A DNA stretch of 64,000 nucleotides from Acidobacteriota bacterium (GTDB lineage Bacteria; Acidobacteriota; Vicinamibacteria; Vicinamibacterales; CAVVIG01). Location: positions 68,524 to 132,523 of the forward strand of contig JADZED010000080.1 in assembly GCA_020850715.1 (NCBI GenBank), in the 5' to 3' direction. How positions within the stretch are numbered: position 1 is the first letter of the stretch; every line of letters starts with the position of its first letter. Shown one piece after another: positions 35,339-44,448 of the stretch. A program made the translations under genes and the position numbers. The notes beneath the pieces were generated by a model. The model saw nothing but the letters and a program-made list of their open reading frames with translations. It was not told the DNA's origin and made no database searches.

Positions 35339-35731
35339 CTACTTGCTTTCCGAGGCCGGTGTCGCAGGTGCCGGTGAGGTCGCCGGCGCCGGCGCGGGCG
35401 TTGTGGCCGGCGCGGGCGTTGTGGCCGGCGTGGCCGGCGCGGGCGGTGTGGCCGCCGCTGGGGGTGCCGGGGTGCCGCCGACCACCGAGTTGGTCGGTGC
35501 GCGCTGCCCGATGATGGCGAGCACGAGCGCGCCCAACATGAAGAGCACGGCGAGCACGGTGGTCGCCTTGGTCAGCACCGTGGCGCTCCCACGCGCGCCG
35601 AACGCCGACTGGCTGCCTCCGCCGCCGAACGCAGCCGCGATGTCCCCCTTACCCTGCTGCAGCAGCACGACGAGGAGCAGCAGGAGGCAGACGAGGACGT
35701 AGACGGTGGTGATGAGGTAATAGAAGATCAT
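35339..35731 (-). CDS. secG: Preprotein translocase subunit SecG with a long Pro/Ala/Thr-rich C-terminal tail
   Basis: 'LLLLVVLLQQGKGDIAAAFGGGGSQSAFGARG' is the SecG core. Conserved tpiA-secG-tRNA-Leu order. Confidence 0.85.
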   Translation of the reverse strand: MIFYYLITTVYVLVCLLLLLVVLLQQGKGDIAAAFGGGGSQSAFGARGSATVLTKATTVLAVLFMLGALVLAIIGQRAPTNSVVGGTPAPPAAATPPAPATPATTPAPATTPAPAPATSPAPATPASESK

Positions 35732-35759
35732 CAGACAACCAGAATTTCCGAATCTCCGA

Positions 35760-36527
35760 TTATAGCGCAGCCGGCCGGGCGGCCATCACGATGGCGGCAA
35801 AGCTGGGCACGTCGAGGCTCGCGCCGCCGACCAGCGCGCCGTCGACATCGGCCGACGCCAGCAGGTCGCGGACGTTCTCGGGCTTCACGCTGCCGCCGTA
35901 GATCACGCGGCACCGGGCGGCGACGTCGGCGCCGAACCGCTGTCGGAGCCGCGCCCGGACGTGCGCGTGCGCCTCGGCCGCCTGCGCCGGTGTGGCGTGG
36001 CGCCCGGTGCCAATCGCCCAGACCGGCTCGTACGCCACGGCGAGCCCGGCCGCCTGCCCGGCGGGAATACCTTCCAGGCCGGCGTCGATCTGTCGATCGA
36101 GCACGCCGAGCGTTTCGGCGCGCTCGCGCTCTTCCAGCGTCTCGCCCACGCACACGATCGGCGTCAGCCCGGCGGCGATCGCCGCGCGCGTCTTGCGGTT
36201 CACCGAGGCGTCGGTCTCGCCAAACAGCCGCCGCCGTTCCGAGTGTCCGACGATGGCGTAGTCCGCGCCCGCTTCCTTGATCATCCCTGGCGACACCTCG
36301 CCGGTGAAGGCGCCTTCAGCCTCCCAGTAGAGATCCTGCGCACCCACGCCGACGTTGCTGTTGCGCACGGCATCGGCCACCGCGTGCAGTGCGGTGAAGG
36401 GCGGCGCGACGACGATCTCGACGCCCGCCACGTCCTTGACGACGTTCCGCAGCTCCTCCGCGAAGCCGATGGCCTCGCGGACCGTCTTGAACATCTTCCA
36501 GTTGCCGGCGATCAGCGGTCTCCGCAT
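35760..36527 (-). CDS. tpiA: Triosephosphate isomerase
   Basis: 'LIAGNWKM', 'IVGHSERR' and 'AYEPVWAIGTG' motifs. Confidence 0.95.
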   Translation of the reverse strand: MRRPLIAGNWKMFKTVREAIGFAEELRNVVKDVAGVEIVVAPPFTALHAVADAVRNSNVGVGAQDLYWEAEGAFTGEVSPGMIKEAGADYAIVGHSERRRLFGETDASVNRKTRAAIAAGLTPIVCVGETLEERERAETLGVLDRQIDAGLEGIPAGQAAGLAVAYEPVWAIGTGRHATPAQAAEAHAHVRARLRQRFGADVAARCRVIYGGSVKPENVRDLLASADVDGALVGGASLDVPSFAAIVMAARPAAL

Positions 36528-36599
36528 GCTGGTTCATCCCGGCGGGCGCGCGGACGGGGATCGGCGTCCAGCCTCTCCTGCCTGTCCCGCCCGTCCTGT

Positions 36600-37832
36600 C
36601 TATCCCGCCCGCCCGGCCTGCCCCGTCTCTCCCGCCCCTTCGGGCCGATCGGTCAGCGCCGCCACGCCGGGCAGCGTACGTCCGCCGAGGAGCTCGAGCG
36701 ACGCGCCGCCGCCGGTCGAGACGTGCGTGATGCGATCGGCGACGCCGGCCTTCTTCAGCGCGGCGATCGAGTCGCCGCCGCCGACGACGGTCGTGCCGTG
36801 CACCGCGGCAACCTCGCGCGCGACGGCGGTCGTGCCGGCGGCGAAGAGCGGATTCTCGAAGACGCCCATCGGTCCATTCCAGACCACCGTTCTGGCGGCC
36901 GCGATCGCGGCGCCATAGGCGGCAATCGTCGCCGGTCCGATGTCGAGCCCCATGCGATCGCCGATCGAGGCATCGCCCACGGCGAGCACGGCGCTCGCCG
37001 CCCCATCCTGCAGCGCCGGCGCGACGACGTGGTCGATCGGCAGTTCGAGCCTGACGCCGCGGGCCGCCGCGTCGGCCATGATCGTGCGGGCCGTCTCGAG
37101 CTTGTCATCTTCGATGAGCGATCGACCGACCGGCAGACCGCGCGCCTTGAGGAAGGTGTAGGCCATGGCGCCGCCGACGAGCAGCGCGTCGACCTTCCCG
37201 AGCAGGTTCTCGATCACCTCGATCTTGTCGGACACCTTGGCGCCGCCGAGGACCGCGACAAAGGGCCGTTCGGGGCTGCGGAGGACGTGATCGAGGTACT
37301 TCAGCTCCTGTTCCATCAGGAAGCCGGCCGCCGCCTGCGCGAAGTAGTGGGTGATGCCCTCCACCGAGGCGTGCGCCCGATGCGCGGCGCCGAACGCATC
37401 GTCCACGTAGCGGGTGGCGAGCGAGGCGAGCGCCCCGGAGAACCCGGGGTCGTTCTGTTCTTCCTCGGGGTGGAACCGCAGGTTCTCGAGCAGCACGACG
37501 CGGCCGGGCGCGGCGTGGGCGTCGACGACGCGCCGCGTCTCCTCGCCGACGCAGTCGGGCGCGAACGCGACCGGGCGCGCGAGCAGTTCCCCGAGGCGGG
37601 CGGCGACCGGCGCCAGGCTGAGCTGCGGGCTCGGGCGGCCCTTCGGCCGGCCGAGGTGGCTCGCCACGACGGCTGCCGCGCCGTGGGCGAGCGCGTACTC
37701 GACGGTTGGCAGCGAGGCCCGGATGCGCGTGTCGTCGGCGATCGCGCCGCCCTTCAGCGGCACGTTGAAGTCGACGCGGATGAAGACGCGCGCCCCGGCC
37801 AGGTCGAGATCGCGAATCGAGAGCTTCGGCAG
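36600..37832 (-). CDS. pgk: Phosphoglycerate kinase (probable non-canonical CTG start immediately after the gap stop)
   Basis: 'RVFIRVDFNVPLK', 'DDTRIRASLPT' and 'STGGGASLELLGG'. The conserved N-terminus lies upstream of the first GTG (37763); the frame opens at CTG 37832, right after an in-frame TAA. Confidence 0.85.
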   Translation of the reverse strand: MPKLSIRDLDLAGARVFIRVDFNVPLKGGAIADDTRIRASLPTVEYALAHGAAAVVASHLGRPKGRPSPQLSLAPVAARLGELLARPVAFAPDCVGEETRRVVDAHAAPGRVVLLENLRFHPEEEQNDPGFSGALASLATRYVDDAFGAAHRAHASVEGITHYFAQAAAGFLMEQELKYLDHVLRSPERPFVAVLGGAKVSDKIEVIENLLGKVDALLVGGAMAYTFLKARGLPVGRSLIEDDKLETARTIMADAAARGVRLELPIDHVVAPALQDGAASAVLAVGDASIGDRMGLDIGPATIAAYGAAIAAARTVVWNGPMGVFENPLFAAGTTAVAREVAAVHGTTVVGGGDSIAALKKAGVADRITHVSTGGGASLELLGGRTLPGVAALTDRPEGAGETGQAGRAG

Positions 37833-38840
37833 TTAGAGCCCCTTCTTCGCCATGAACCGCACCAGGTCGACGCAGCGGTTCGAGTAGCCCCATTCGTTGT
37901 CGTACCACGACAGCACCTTCACGAAGTCGCCCTCCATCACCTTCGTGTAGGCCGCGTCGACGATGGACGACGCCGGGTTGCCGCGGAAGTCGATCGACAC
38001 GAGCTCGTCGGTCGAGACGGCCAGGATCCCGGCGAGCGGTCCGTTCGCCGCCTCGGCGAACGCCGCGTTCACCTGGTCGGCGGTGGTCTTCCGCTCGACC
38101 ACGGCCGCCAGGTCGACGATCGACACGTTCGGCGTCGGCACCCTCATCGCGATGCCGTCGAGCCGGCCCTTCAGGTCCGGCAGCACCTCGCCGACCGCGG
38201 TCGCGGCGCCGGTCGTCGTCGGAATGATCGAGAGCGCGGCGGCGCGCGCACGGCGCAGGTCCTTGTGGGGGAGATCGAGCAGGTTCTGGTCGTTGGTATA
38301 GGAGTGCACCGTCGTCATCCAGCCCTTGCGGATGCCGAAGCGCTCGTGGAGCACCCTGGCGAGCGGCGCGAGGCAGTTGGTCGTGCACGACGCGTTCGAC
38401 ACGACGTGATGGCGCTGGGGATCGTAGGCCTCCTCGTTGACGCCGAGCACGACGGTGAGGTCCGGCTTCTTCGCCGGGGCTGTGATGATCACCTTCTTGG
38501 CGCCGGCCTCCAGGTGCCTGGCGGCGTCGCCGCCGCTGGTGAAGAGGCCCGTCGACTCGAACACCACGTCGACGCCGAGATCCTTCCAGGGGAGCTGGGC
38601 CGGGTCGCGCAGCGACAGCACCTGGAACTCGTCGTTGCCGACCGCGATCGCCTGGTCCTTCGACTGCACCGGCACGCGCAGGTTGCCGAGCACCGAGTCG
38701 TACTCGAGCAGGTGGGCGAGCGTCCGGGCATTGGTCAGATCGTTCACGGCGACGAAGTCGAGCTCCGGATCGCCGAGCGCCGCCCGCAGGATGTTGCGCC
38801 CGATGCGCCCGAATCCGTTAATGCCGACCCGTACAGGCAT
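37833..38840 (-). CDS. gap: Type I glyceraldehyde-3-phosphate dehydrogenase
   Basis: 'GINGFGRIGRN', 'SNASCTTNCLAP' and 'WYDNEWGYS'. Confidence 0.95.
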   Translation of the reverse strand: MPVRVGINGFGRIGRNILRAALGDPELDFVAVNDLTNARTLAHLLEYDSVLGNLRVPVQSKDQAIAVGNDEFQVLSLRDPAQLPWKDLGVDVVFESTGLFTSGGDAARHLEAGAKKVIITAPAKKPDLTVVLGVNEEAYDPQRHHVVSNASCTTNCLAPLARVLHERFGIRKGWMTTVHSYTNDQNLLDLPHKDLRRARAAALSIIPTTTGAATAVGEVLPDLKGRLDGIAMRVPTPNVSIVDLAAVVERKTTADQVNAAFAEAANGPLAGILAVSTDELVSIDFRGNPASSIVDAAYTKVMEGDFVKVLSWYDNEWGYSNRCVDLVRFMAKKGL

Positions 38841-38888
38841 CGATATCCCTCCAAGGCAAACGTTTCATTCTACAATAGCGCCTCGCCC

Positions 38889-40220
38889 ATGTACGCGCTC
38901 TACAGCCTGCTGACGCTGCTGGTCTTCGTCGCGGTGTCCCCCTATTTCGTGTATCAGGCGCTCCGCTACCAGAAGTACGTCGGCAGCCTCCGCCAGCGGC
39001 TCGGGTACCTGCCGATCACCTTCAACGTGGACGGCGAGGAATCCATCTGGATCCACGCGGTGTCGGTGGGCGAGGCGCTGACCGCGCGCGCGCTGGCCGC
39101 CGACCTCAAGGCCCAGTATCCCCGGCTGAGGCTCTTCCTGTCGACGACGACGATCGCGGGGCAGCAGGTGGCGCGTCGGAACCTGCAGGACGTCGACGCG
39201 GTGTTCTACTTCCCGTTCGACTGGACCTTCATCGTGCGGCGAACCCTGAGCCTGGTGAAACCGCGGCTGTTCATCATGATGGAGACCGAGATCTGGCCGA
39301 ACCTGCTGCGCGAGTGCCGCGCGCGCGGCATCCGGACCATCGTGATCAACGGCCGCATCTCGTCGCGGTCCTACCCGCGGTACCGGTTGATTCGCGGCTT
39401 CTTCCGCCGCGTGCTCGCCGACGTCGATCGCTTCTGCATGCAGAGCGAGGAGTCGGCCCGCCGGCTGGCCGACCTCGGCGCCGACCCGGCGCGCATCGCG
39501 GTCACCGGCAGCCTCAAGTTCGATTCGCTCGAGATGCCGGCCCCCGCCGCCCACGGCAGGCCGCGCCAGCGCGTGCTGCGCTTCTTCCGCTTCGGGCCCG
39601 CCCGCACGGTCATCGTCGCCGGCAGCACGATGCGCGGCGAGGAGGAGGCGGTGCTCAAGGCGTTCCGCAGCGTGAAGACGGCGGCCCCGACCTCCGTCGC
39701 GATCGTCGCGCCGAGGCAGCCCGAGCGCTTCGGCGAGGTCGAGCGGCTCGCGCGCGACCGCGGCTTCGACACCGTCCGCCGCTCCGAGCTGCAGATCGAC
39801 GCCGAGCCGCGCGCCGACATCGTCGTCCTCGACACGATCGGCGAGCTGGCGCAGATCTATCAGCTTGCGACCGCCGTGTTCGTCGGCGGGAGCCTCGCCG
39901 ATCACGGCGGGCACAACATCCTCGAGCCGGCGGTCTTCGGCAAGCCGATCGTCTTCGGCCCGCACATGCAGAACTTCCGGGAGATCGCCGAGACGTTCCT
40001 GCTCAACGCAGCGGCGCTGCAGGTGGCGGGCGAACGGGAGCTCGACGACGCGCTGCTCGCGCTCGTGACCGATCCGGTGCGGCGGGCGCGGCTGGGCGCC
40101 GCGGCGCGCGCGCTGGTCGAAGCCAACCGCGGCGCCAAGCAGAAGACGCTGGCGGTGATTCGGGAGCTGGTGCCCGTCGCCGGCGGCGGCGCCGTGATTC
40201 CCTTCCGCCTGGTGCATTGA
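38889..40220 (+). CDS. waaA: 3-deoxy-D-manno-octulosonic acid (Kdo) transferase
   Basis: 'IWIHAVSVGE', 'METEIWPN' and 'GGSL...GGHN.LEP'-type C-terminus. The listed 1419-aa ORF is mostly antisense shadow of the glycolysis genes. Confidence 0.85.
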   Translation: MYALYSLLTLLVFVAVSPYFVYQALRYQKYVGSLRQRLGYLPITFNVDGEESIWIHAVSVGEALTARALAADLKAQYPRLRLFLSTTTIAGQQVARRNLQDVDAVFYFPFDWTFIVRRTLSLVKPRLFIMMETEIWPNLLRECRARGIRTIVINGRISSRSYPRYRLIRGFFRRVLADVDRFCMQSEESARRLADLGADPARIAVTGSLKFDSLEMPAPAAHGRPRQRVLRFFRFGPARTVIVAGSTMRGEEEAVLKAFRSVKTAAPTSVAIVAPRQPERFGEVERLARDRGFDTVRRSELQIDAEPRADIVVLDTIGELAQIYQLATAVFVGGSLADHGGHNILEPAVFGKPIVFGPHMQNFREIAETFLLNAAALQVAGERELDDALLALVTDPVRRARLGAAARALVEANRGAKQKTLAVIRELVPVAGGGAVIPFRLVH

Positions 40221-41221
40221 TCCGGACGCTCAGCGCCGCCTACGGCGCGGCCGCCGCATGGCGGCGTCACTGGTACGCGGCTCATCCGGCGCGGCGGCGG
40301 CGGCTGCAGCGCCCGGTCGTGAGCATCGGCAATCTCCGCGTCGGCGGCAGCGGCAAGACACCGGTCGTCGCGCATCTCGCCGCGCTGCTGATCGACGAAG
40401 GCGAGCGGCCTGCCGTGCTCACCCGCGGCTACGCGCGCCGGCATGCGCCGGCCGGCGTCACGATCGTGTCCGACGGGCGGCGGATGCTCGCCGGACTCGA
40501 CCGCGCCGGCGACGAGCCGCTGCTGCTCGCGCGCGCGCTGCCGCAGGTGCCGGTGCTGGTGGCTGCGGATCGGTACGCGGCGGGGCGCGTCGCGGAGACC
40601 GAGTTCGGGGCCACCGTCCACCTTCTCGACGACGGCTTTCAGCACCTGCGGCTGGAGCGCACCGTCGATCTGCTGCTGGCGGGGGCCGACGACCTGCGGG
40701 ATCGGCCGCTGCCGGCCGGAAGACTGCGCGAATCGATCGCGGCGGCGGCGAGCGCCGATGCGCTCCTCGCGCCGGCCGCCGACGCGGCCGAGGTCGAGCG
40801 GCTGGCCGGGGCGCTCGGCGTGGCGACGGCGTTCCGCCTGACGCGCGCGCTCGGGAGGCCGCGGCCGATTGCGGGCGGCCCGGCAGCGGACGTCGCGGCC
40901 GCAGGCCGGCGCATCTTCGCGGCCGCCGGGATTGCCCGGCCGGAGCGATTCTTCGCCGATCTGGCCGCCGCAGGCTGGGACGTGGCCGGCACGATGCGCT
41001 TCCGCGACCACCATCGGTTCACGCGCGGCGACGCCGCGCGGATGGCGGCGGCGGCGCGCGAGGCCGGCGCGGCGCTCGTGCTCACGACCGAGAAGGACGC
41101 GGTGCGCCTCGAGCCCCATGCCGGCGCGGCGGCCGCCGCGCTCTTCGCGGCCGTGCCGCTGCGGGTGGCGATCGAGCCGGCGGCCGCCTTCAGGCGCTGG
41201 CTGATGGAGCGGCTGCGGTGA
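40217..41221 (+). CDS. lpxK: Tetraacyldisaccharide 4'-kinase
   Basis: 'VVSIGNLRVGGSGKTP' P-loop and 'TRGY'. TTG 40217 overlaps the waaA stop. Confidence 0.8.
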   Translation: MIRTLSAAYGAAAAWRRHWYAAHPARRRRLQRPVVSIGNLRVGGSGKTPVVAHLAALLIDEGERPAVLTRGYARRHAPAGVTIVSDGRRMLAGLDRAGDEPLLLARALPQVPVLVAADRYAAGRVAETEFGATVHLLDDGFQHLRLERTVDLLLAGADDLRDRPLPAGRLRESIAAAASADALLAPAADAAEVERLAGALGVATAFRLTRALGRPRPIAGGPAADVAAAGRRIFAAAGIARPERFFADLAAAGWDVAGTMRFRDHHRFTRGDAARMAAAAREAGAALVLTTEKDAVRLEPHAGAAAAALFAAVPLRVAIEPAAAFRRWLMERLR

Positions 41222-42135
41222 GGCACCGCATCGAATTCCTCGCCGTCCGCTTCCTCGTCGCGTGCGTGCGCATCATGCCGCACGCGATGGTGCGCGCCGC
41301 CGGCCGGGCGCTCGGCCTCGGCTTCTACCTGCTCGACGCGCCGCATCGGCGGATCGCGGGGCGGAACCTCGCCGTCGCGTTCCCGGTCCGTCCGGCGGCC
41401 GAGCGCCGCCGGATCGCGCGGCGCGCGTTCGCGCACTTCGGACGGCTGCTGATGGAACTGCTGAAGTTCAGCACGCTGGAGCCGGCCGCGATGCTCGCGC
41501 GCGTGGAGGTCGACGGCGAGGAGCGCGCCCGCGCCGCGTACGCGCAGAATCGAGGCGTGCTGTTCATCACGGGCCATTTCGGCTTCTGGGAGATCCACGC
41601 CATCGTCCACGCGCTGAAGGTCCGGCCGATCGGCGTGCTCGCGCGCGCGCTCGACAACCCCGCGCTGAACGCCCTGCTCGAGAGAATCCGGCAGGCGACC
41701 GGCAACACGGTGATCTACCGCAAGGGCACGATCCGCCGCGTTCTCCGCATGCTGCAGGCTGGGCAGGGGGTTGCCGTGCTGATCGATCAGCACATCCAGG
41801 CGCGCGACGCGGTCGCGGTCGACTTCTTCCAGCGCCCCGCCGCCACGACCTCCGCGGTGGCCGCGCTCGCGCTGCGGACCGGCGCGCCGATCGTACCGGT
41901 CTTCGCCCTGCCGCTGCCCCACGGCCGCTACCGCGTCATCTACGAGCACCCGGTCGACCCGCCGCCGGCCGACGGCGACGACGCGATCCGCGAGCTCACG
42001 CAGCGCTGCACGGACGTCCTCGAGATGTACGTGCGGCGGCATCCCGAGCTGTGGCTGTGGATGCACCGGCGCTGGCGCGACGGGGCGGAGGCGGGGGAGC
42101 AGGTGCCGGGCATGTTTCCGGCGGCGGAGCTGTAG
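41218..42135 (+). CDS. Lipid A biosynthesis (lauroyl/myristoyl-type) acyltransferase, LpxL/HtrB family
   Basis: 'FITGHFGFWE' HX4D/E-type acyltransferase motif. GTG 41218 overlaps the lpxK stop. Confidence 0.7.
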   Translation: MRHRIEFLAVRFLVACVRIMPHAMVRAAGRALGLGFYLLDAPHRRIAGRNLAVAFPVRPAAERRRIARRAFAHFGRLLMELLKFSTLEPAAMLARVEVDGEERARAAYAQNRGVLFITGHFGFWEIHAIVHALKVRPIGVLARALDNPALNALLERIRQATGNTVIYRKGTIRRVLRMLQAGQGVAVLIDQHIQARDAVAVDFFQRPAATTSAVAALALRTGAPIVPVFALPLPHGRYRVIYEHPVDPPPADGDDAIRELTQRCTDVLEMYVRRHPELWLWMHRRWRDGAEAGEQVPGMFPAAEL

Positions 42136-42159
42136 GGCGCGGCGGGCGCCGGCCGGGCC

Positions 42160-42852
42160 TCAATCGGTGAAGCGGTACTTCAGCAGGACCCAGAGCGCGA
42201 CGAACCCGGCGGCCCAGGTGATCTTCTTGCCCTCGGTGTAGCTGCGGCCGGCATAGGTGATCGGCACCTCGTAGACGCGGTAGCCCCGCTTGAAGATCTT
42301 CGCCGTGAGCTCGGGTTCGATGCCGAAGCCGTTCGATCTGAGCGTCAGCGAACGGAGCACGTCGACCCGCATCGCCTTGTAGCAGGTCTCCATGTCGGTG
42401 AGCATCGTGTTGTAGAGCACGTTGGTCGCCAGCGTGACCAGCTTGTTGCCCACGTAGTGCGCGAACATGAACGCGCGGTGGCGGCCGAGGAAACGGGAGC
42501 CGTAGACGACGTCGGCGCGTCCCTGCACGATGAGGTCGATGAGGTCCGGGAGCTCCTCGGGCGAGTATTCCAGGTCGGCGTCCTGGATGACGGCAATGTC
42601 GCCGGTGACGGCCGAGAAGCCGCGGCGCAGCGCCGCGCCCTTGCCGGCGTTGCCCTGGCGCAGCAGTGTGAACCCGAGCTCGCGCTGCAGCCGGTCCAGG
42701 ATCTCGCCGGTGCCGTCCTTCGAGCCGTCGTCGACGACGATCAACTCGATGCGGAGGGGCACGGCGAGCACACGGCGGATGATTTCCTCGATCGTGGTAC
42801 GCTCGTTGTACGCGGGAATGATCACCGACAGCAGCGGCCCGGTGTCCGTCAT
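42160..42852 (-). CDS. Family 2 glycosyltransferase (polyprenol-phosphate sugar transferase-like)
   Basis: 'LSVIIPAYNE', 'VVDDGSKDGT' and 'IQDADLEY'. The internal ATG 42852 was chosen as start. Confidence 0.8.
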   Translation of the reverse strand: MTDTGPLLSVIIPAYNERTTIEEIIRRVLAVPLRIELIVVDDGSKDGTGEILDRLQRELGFTLLRQGNAGKGAALRRGFSAVTGDIAVIQDADLEYSPEELPDLIDLIVQGRADVVYGSRFLGRHRAFMFAHYVGNKLVTLATNVLYNTMLTDMETCYKAMRVDVLRSLTLRSNGFGIEPELTAKIFKRGYRVYEVPITYAGRSYTEGKKITWAAGFVALWVLLKYRFTD

Positions 42853-42874
42853 GAAGGGGAAGACCGTACCACAG

Positions 42875-43852
42875 ATGCGGCGCCTGGTCATCCTCGCGCC
42901 GAACTGGCTGGGCGACGCCGTGATGGCGCTGCCCGCGGTGGCGGATCTCCGCCGCGCGCTGCCGCGGGCGCACCTCGCCGCCGCCGCAAGACCGGGCATC
43001 GCGCCGCTGTTCCGGATGGTGCCGGAGGTCGACGAGGTGCTGACGCTCGACGGCCGGGCGCACGGTGGCGGCCTGGCCTGCGGCGGCTTCGACACCGCGC
43101 TGCTGCTGCCCAACTCGTTCCGATCCGCGCTGGCGGCCGCACGGGCGCGCATTCCGGGACGCTGGGGGTATCGGACCGACTGGCGCGCGATGCTCTTGAC
43201 GCGCAGCGTCGCGCCTCCTTCACGCGTGCACCAGACGGAGTACTACCAGCGGCTCGTGCGCGAGCTCGGGTTTCCGAGCGGTTCCGGCGTGCCGGCCGTG
43301 CGCATCCCGGACGCGGCGCGAGCCAAGGGCGCCGGCGCGCTCGCGCACGCGGGATGGGACGGCCGCGCGCCGCTGGTGGCGCTCGCACCCGGCGCCGCCT
43401 ATGGCGGCGCGAAGCGCTGGCCGCCGCGCCATTTCGGCGAGCTGGCCGCCGCGCTCGCCTCCGACGGGATCGTCGCCGTCCTGGTCGGCAGCGCGGCCGA
43501 TCGGCCGACCGGCGCGGAGGTGATCGCCGCCTGCCGCGAGGGCGGCGCGCTGCTGGACCTGGTCGGATCCACCGATCTCGAGACGCTCGCCGGCGTGTTC
43601 GCGCACTGCCGCACGCTGGTCACCAACGATTCGGGCGCCATGCACCTCGCCGCCGCGCTCGGCGTGCCGATCACCGCGGTGTTCGGCCCGACCCGCGATC
43701 GCGAGACCCGCCCGGCCGGTGCCGCGCACGTCGTCCTCACGCACGAGGTCTGGTGCCGCCCCTGCATGCGGCGCGAGTGTCCCGTCGACCACCGGTGCAT
43801 GACCGGCGTTGCCGCCGCCGACGTGATCGCCGCGGCAAGGCGCGTGCTGTGA
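42875..43852 (+). CDS. Family 9 glycosyltransferase (LPS heptosyltransferase, WaaF-like)
   Basis: 'LAPNWLGDAVMALP', 'GAAYGGAKRWP' and 'VTNDSGAMHLAAALG'. An alternative ATG lies at 42851. Confidence 0.75.
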   Translation: MRRLVILAPNWLGDAVMALPAVADLRRALPRAHLAAAARPGIAPLFRMVPEVDEVLTLDGRAHGGGLACGGFDTALLLPNSFRSALAAARARIPGRWGYRTDWRAMLLTRSVAPPSRVHQTEYYQRLVRELGFPSGSGVPAVRIPDAARAKGAGALAHAGWDGRAPLVALAPGAAYGGAKRWPPRHFGELAAALASDGIVAVLVGSAADRPTGAEVIAACREGGALLDLVGSTDLETLAGVFAHCRTLVTNDSGAMHLAAALGVPITAVFGPTRDRETRPAGAAHVVLTHEVWCRPCMRRECPVDHRCMTGVAAADVIAAARRVL

Positions 43853-44448
43853 GCGCCCCTCGGCGGGCCGGCGCCGCGCCGGCCGCGCGCGGCTGCGTGT
43901 TCGTGGACCGCGACGGCACGCTGATCGAGGAGGTGGGCTACCTCGATCGGCCGGAGCGGGTCGTGCTGTATCCGTGGACCGTCGACGCCCTGCGGGCGCT
44001 CAATCGCGCGGGGCTGCGGGTGATCCTCGTTTCGAACCAGTCGGGCGTGGCCCGCGGCTTCTTCAGCGAGGCGGTCGTCCACGACGTCCACCGCCGGATC
44101 GCGGAGCTGCTGGAGGCCGGCAATGCGCGCATCGACGCGTATTACCATTGTCCGCATCATCCCGACGGCTCGGTGCCCGATTACGCCATCGCCTGCGATT
44201 GCCGGAAGCCCAGTCCCGGCCTGGTGGCGCGCGCGGTCCGCGAGTTCGGCATCGACCCGACGCGCTCCTTCGTCGTCGGGGATCGCTGGGTCGATGTCGG
44301 TCTGGCCCGCCGCGTGGGCGGGCGCGGCGTCCTCGTGCGCACCGGCTACGGAGCCGCGGAGGAGCGCCATCCGCCCGACCTGCTGCTGGCCGACGCCGTG
44401 GCGGACAACTTCGCGGGCGCCGTCGGCTGGATCCTGAGACAAGCATGA
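43849..44448 (+). CDS. gmhB: D-glycero-beta-D-manno-heptose 1,7-bisphosphate 7-phosphatase
   Basis: HAD motif 'VFVDRDGTL', 'VSNQSG', and the zinc site 'CPHHP...C.CRKP'. GTG overlaps the upstream stop. Confidence 0.8.
   Translation: MSAPRRAGAAPAARGCVFVDRDGTLIEEVGYLDRPERVVLYPWTVDALRALNRAGLRVILVSNQSGVARGFFSEAVVHDVHRRIAELLEAGNARIDAYYHCPHHPDGSVPDYAIACDCRKPSPGLVARAVREFGIDPTRSFVVGDRWVDVGLARRVGGRGVLVRTGYGAAEERHPPDLLLADAVADNFAGAVGWILRQA

Noticed and set aside
36528-36599. C-rich 'cccgcc' repeats between tpiA and pgk as a regulatory repeat
   Set aside because: Short, irregular, and explained by low-complexity GC-rich spacer sequence. No second copy was seen.
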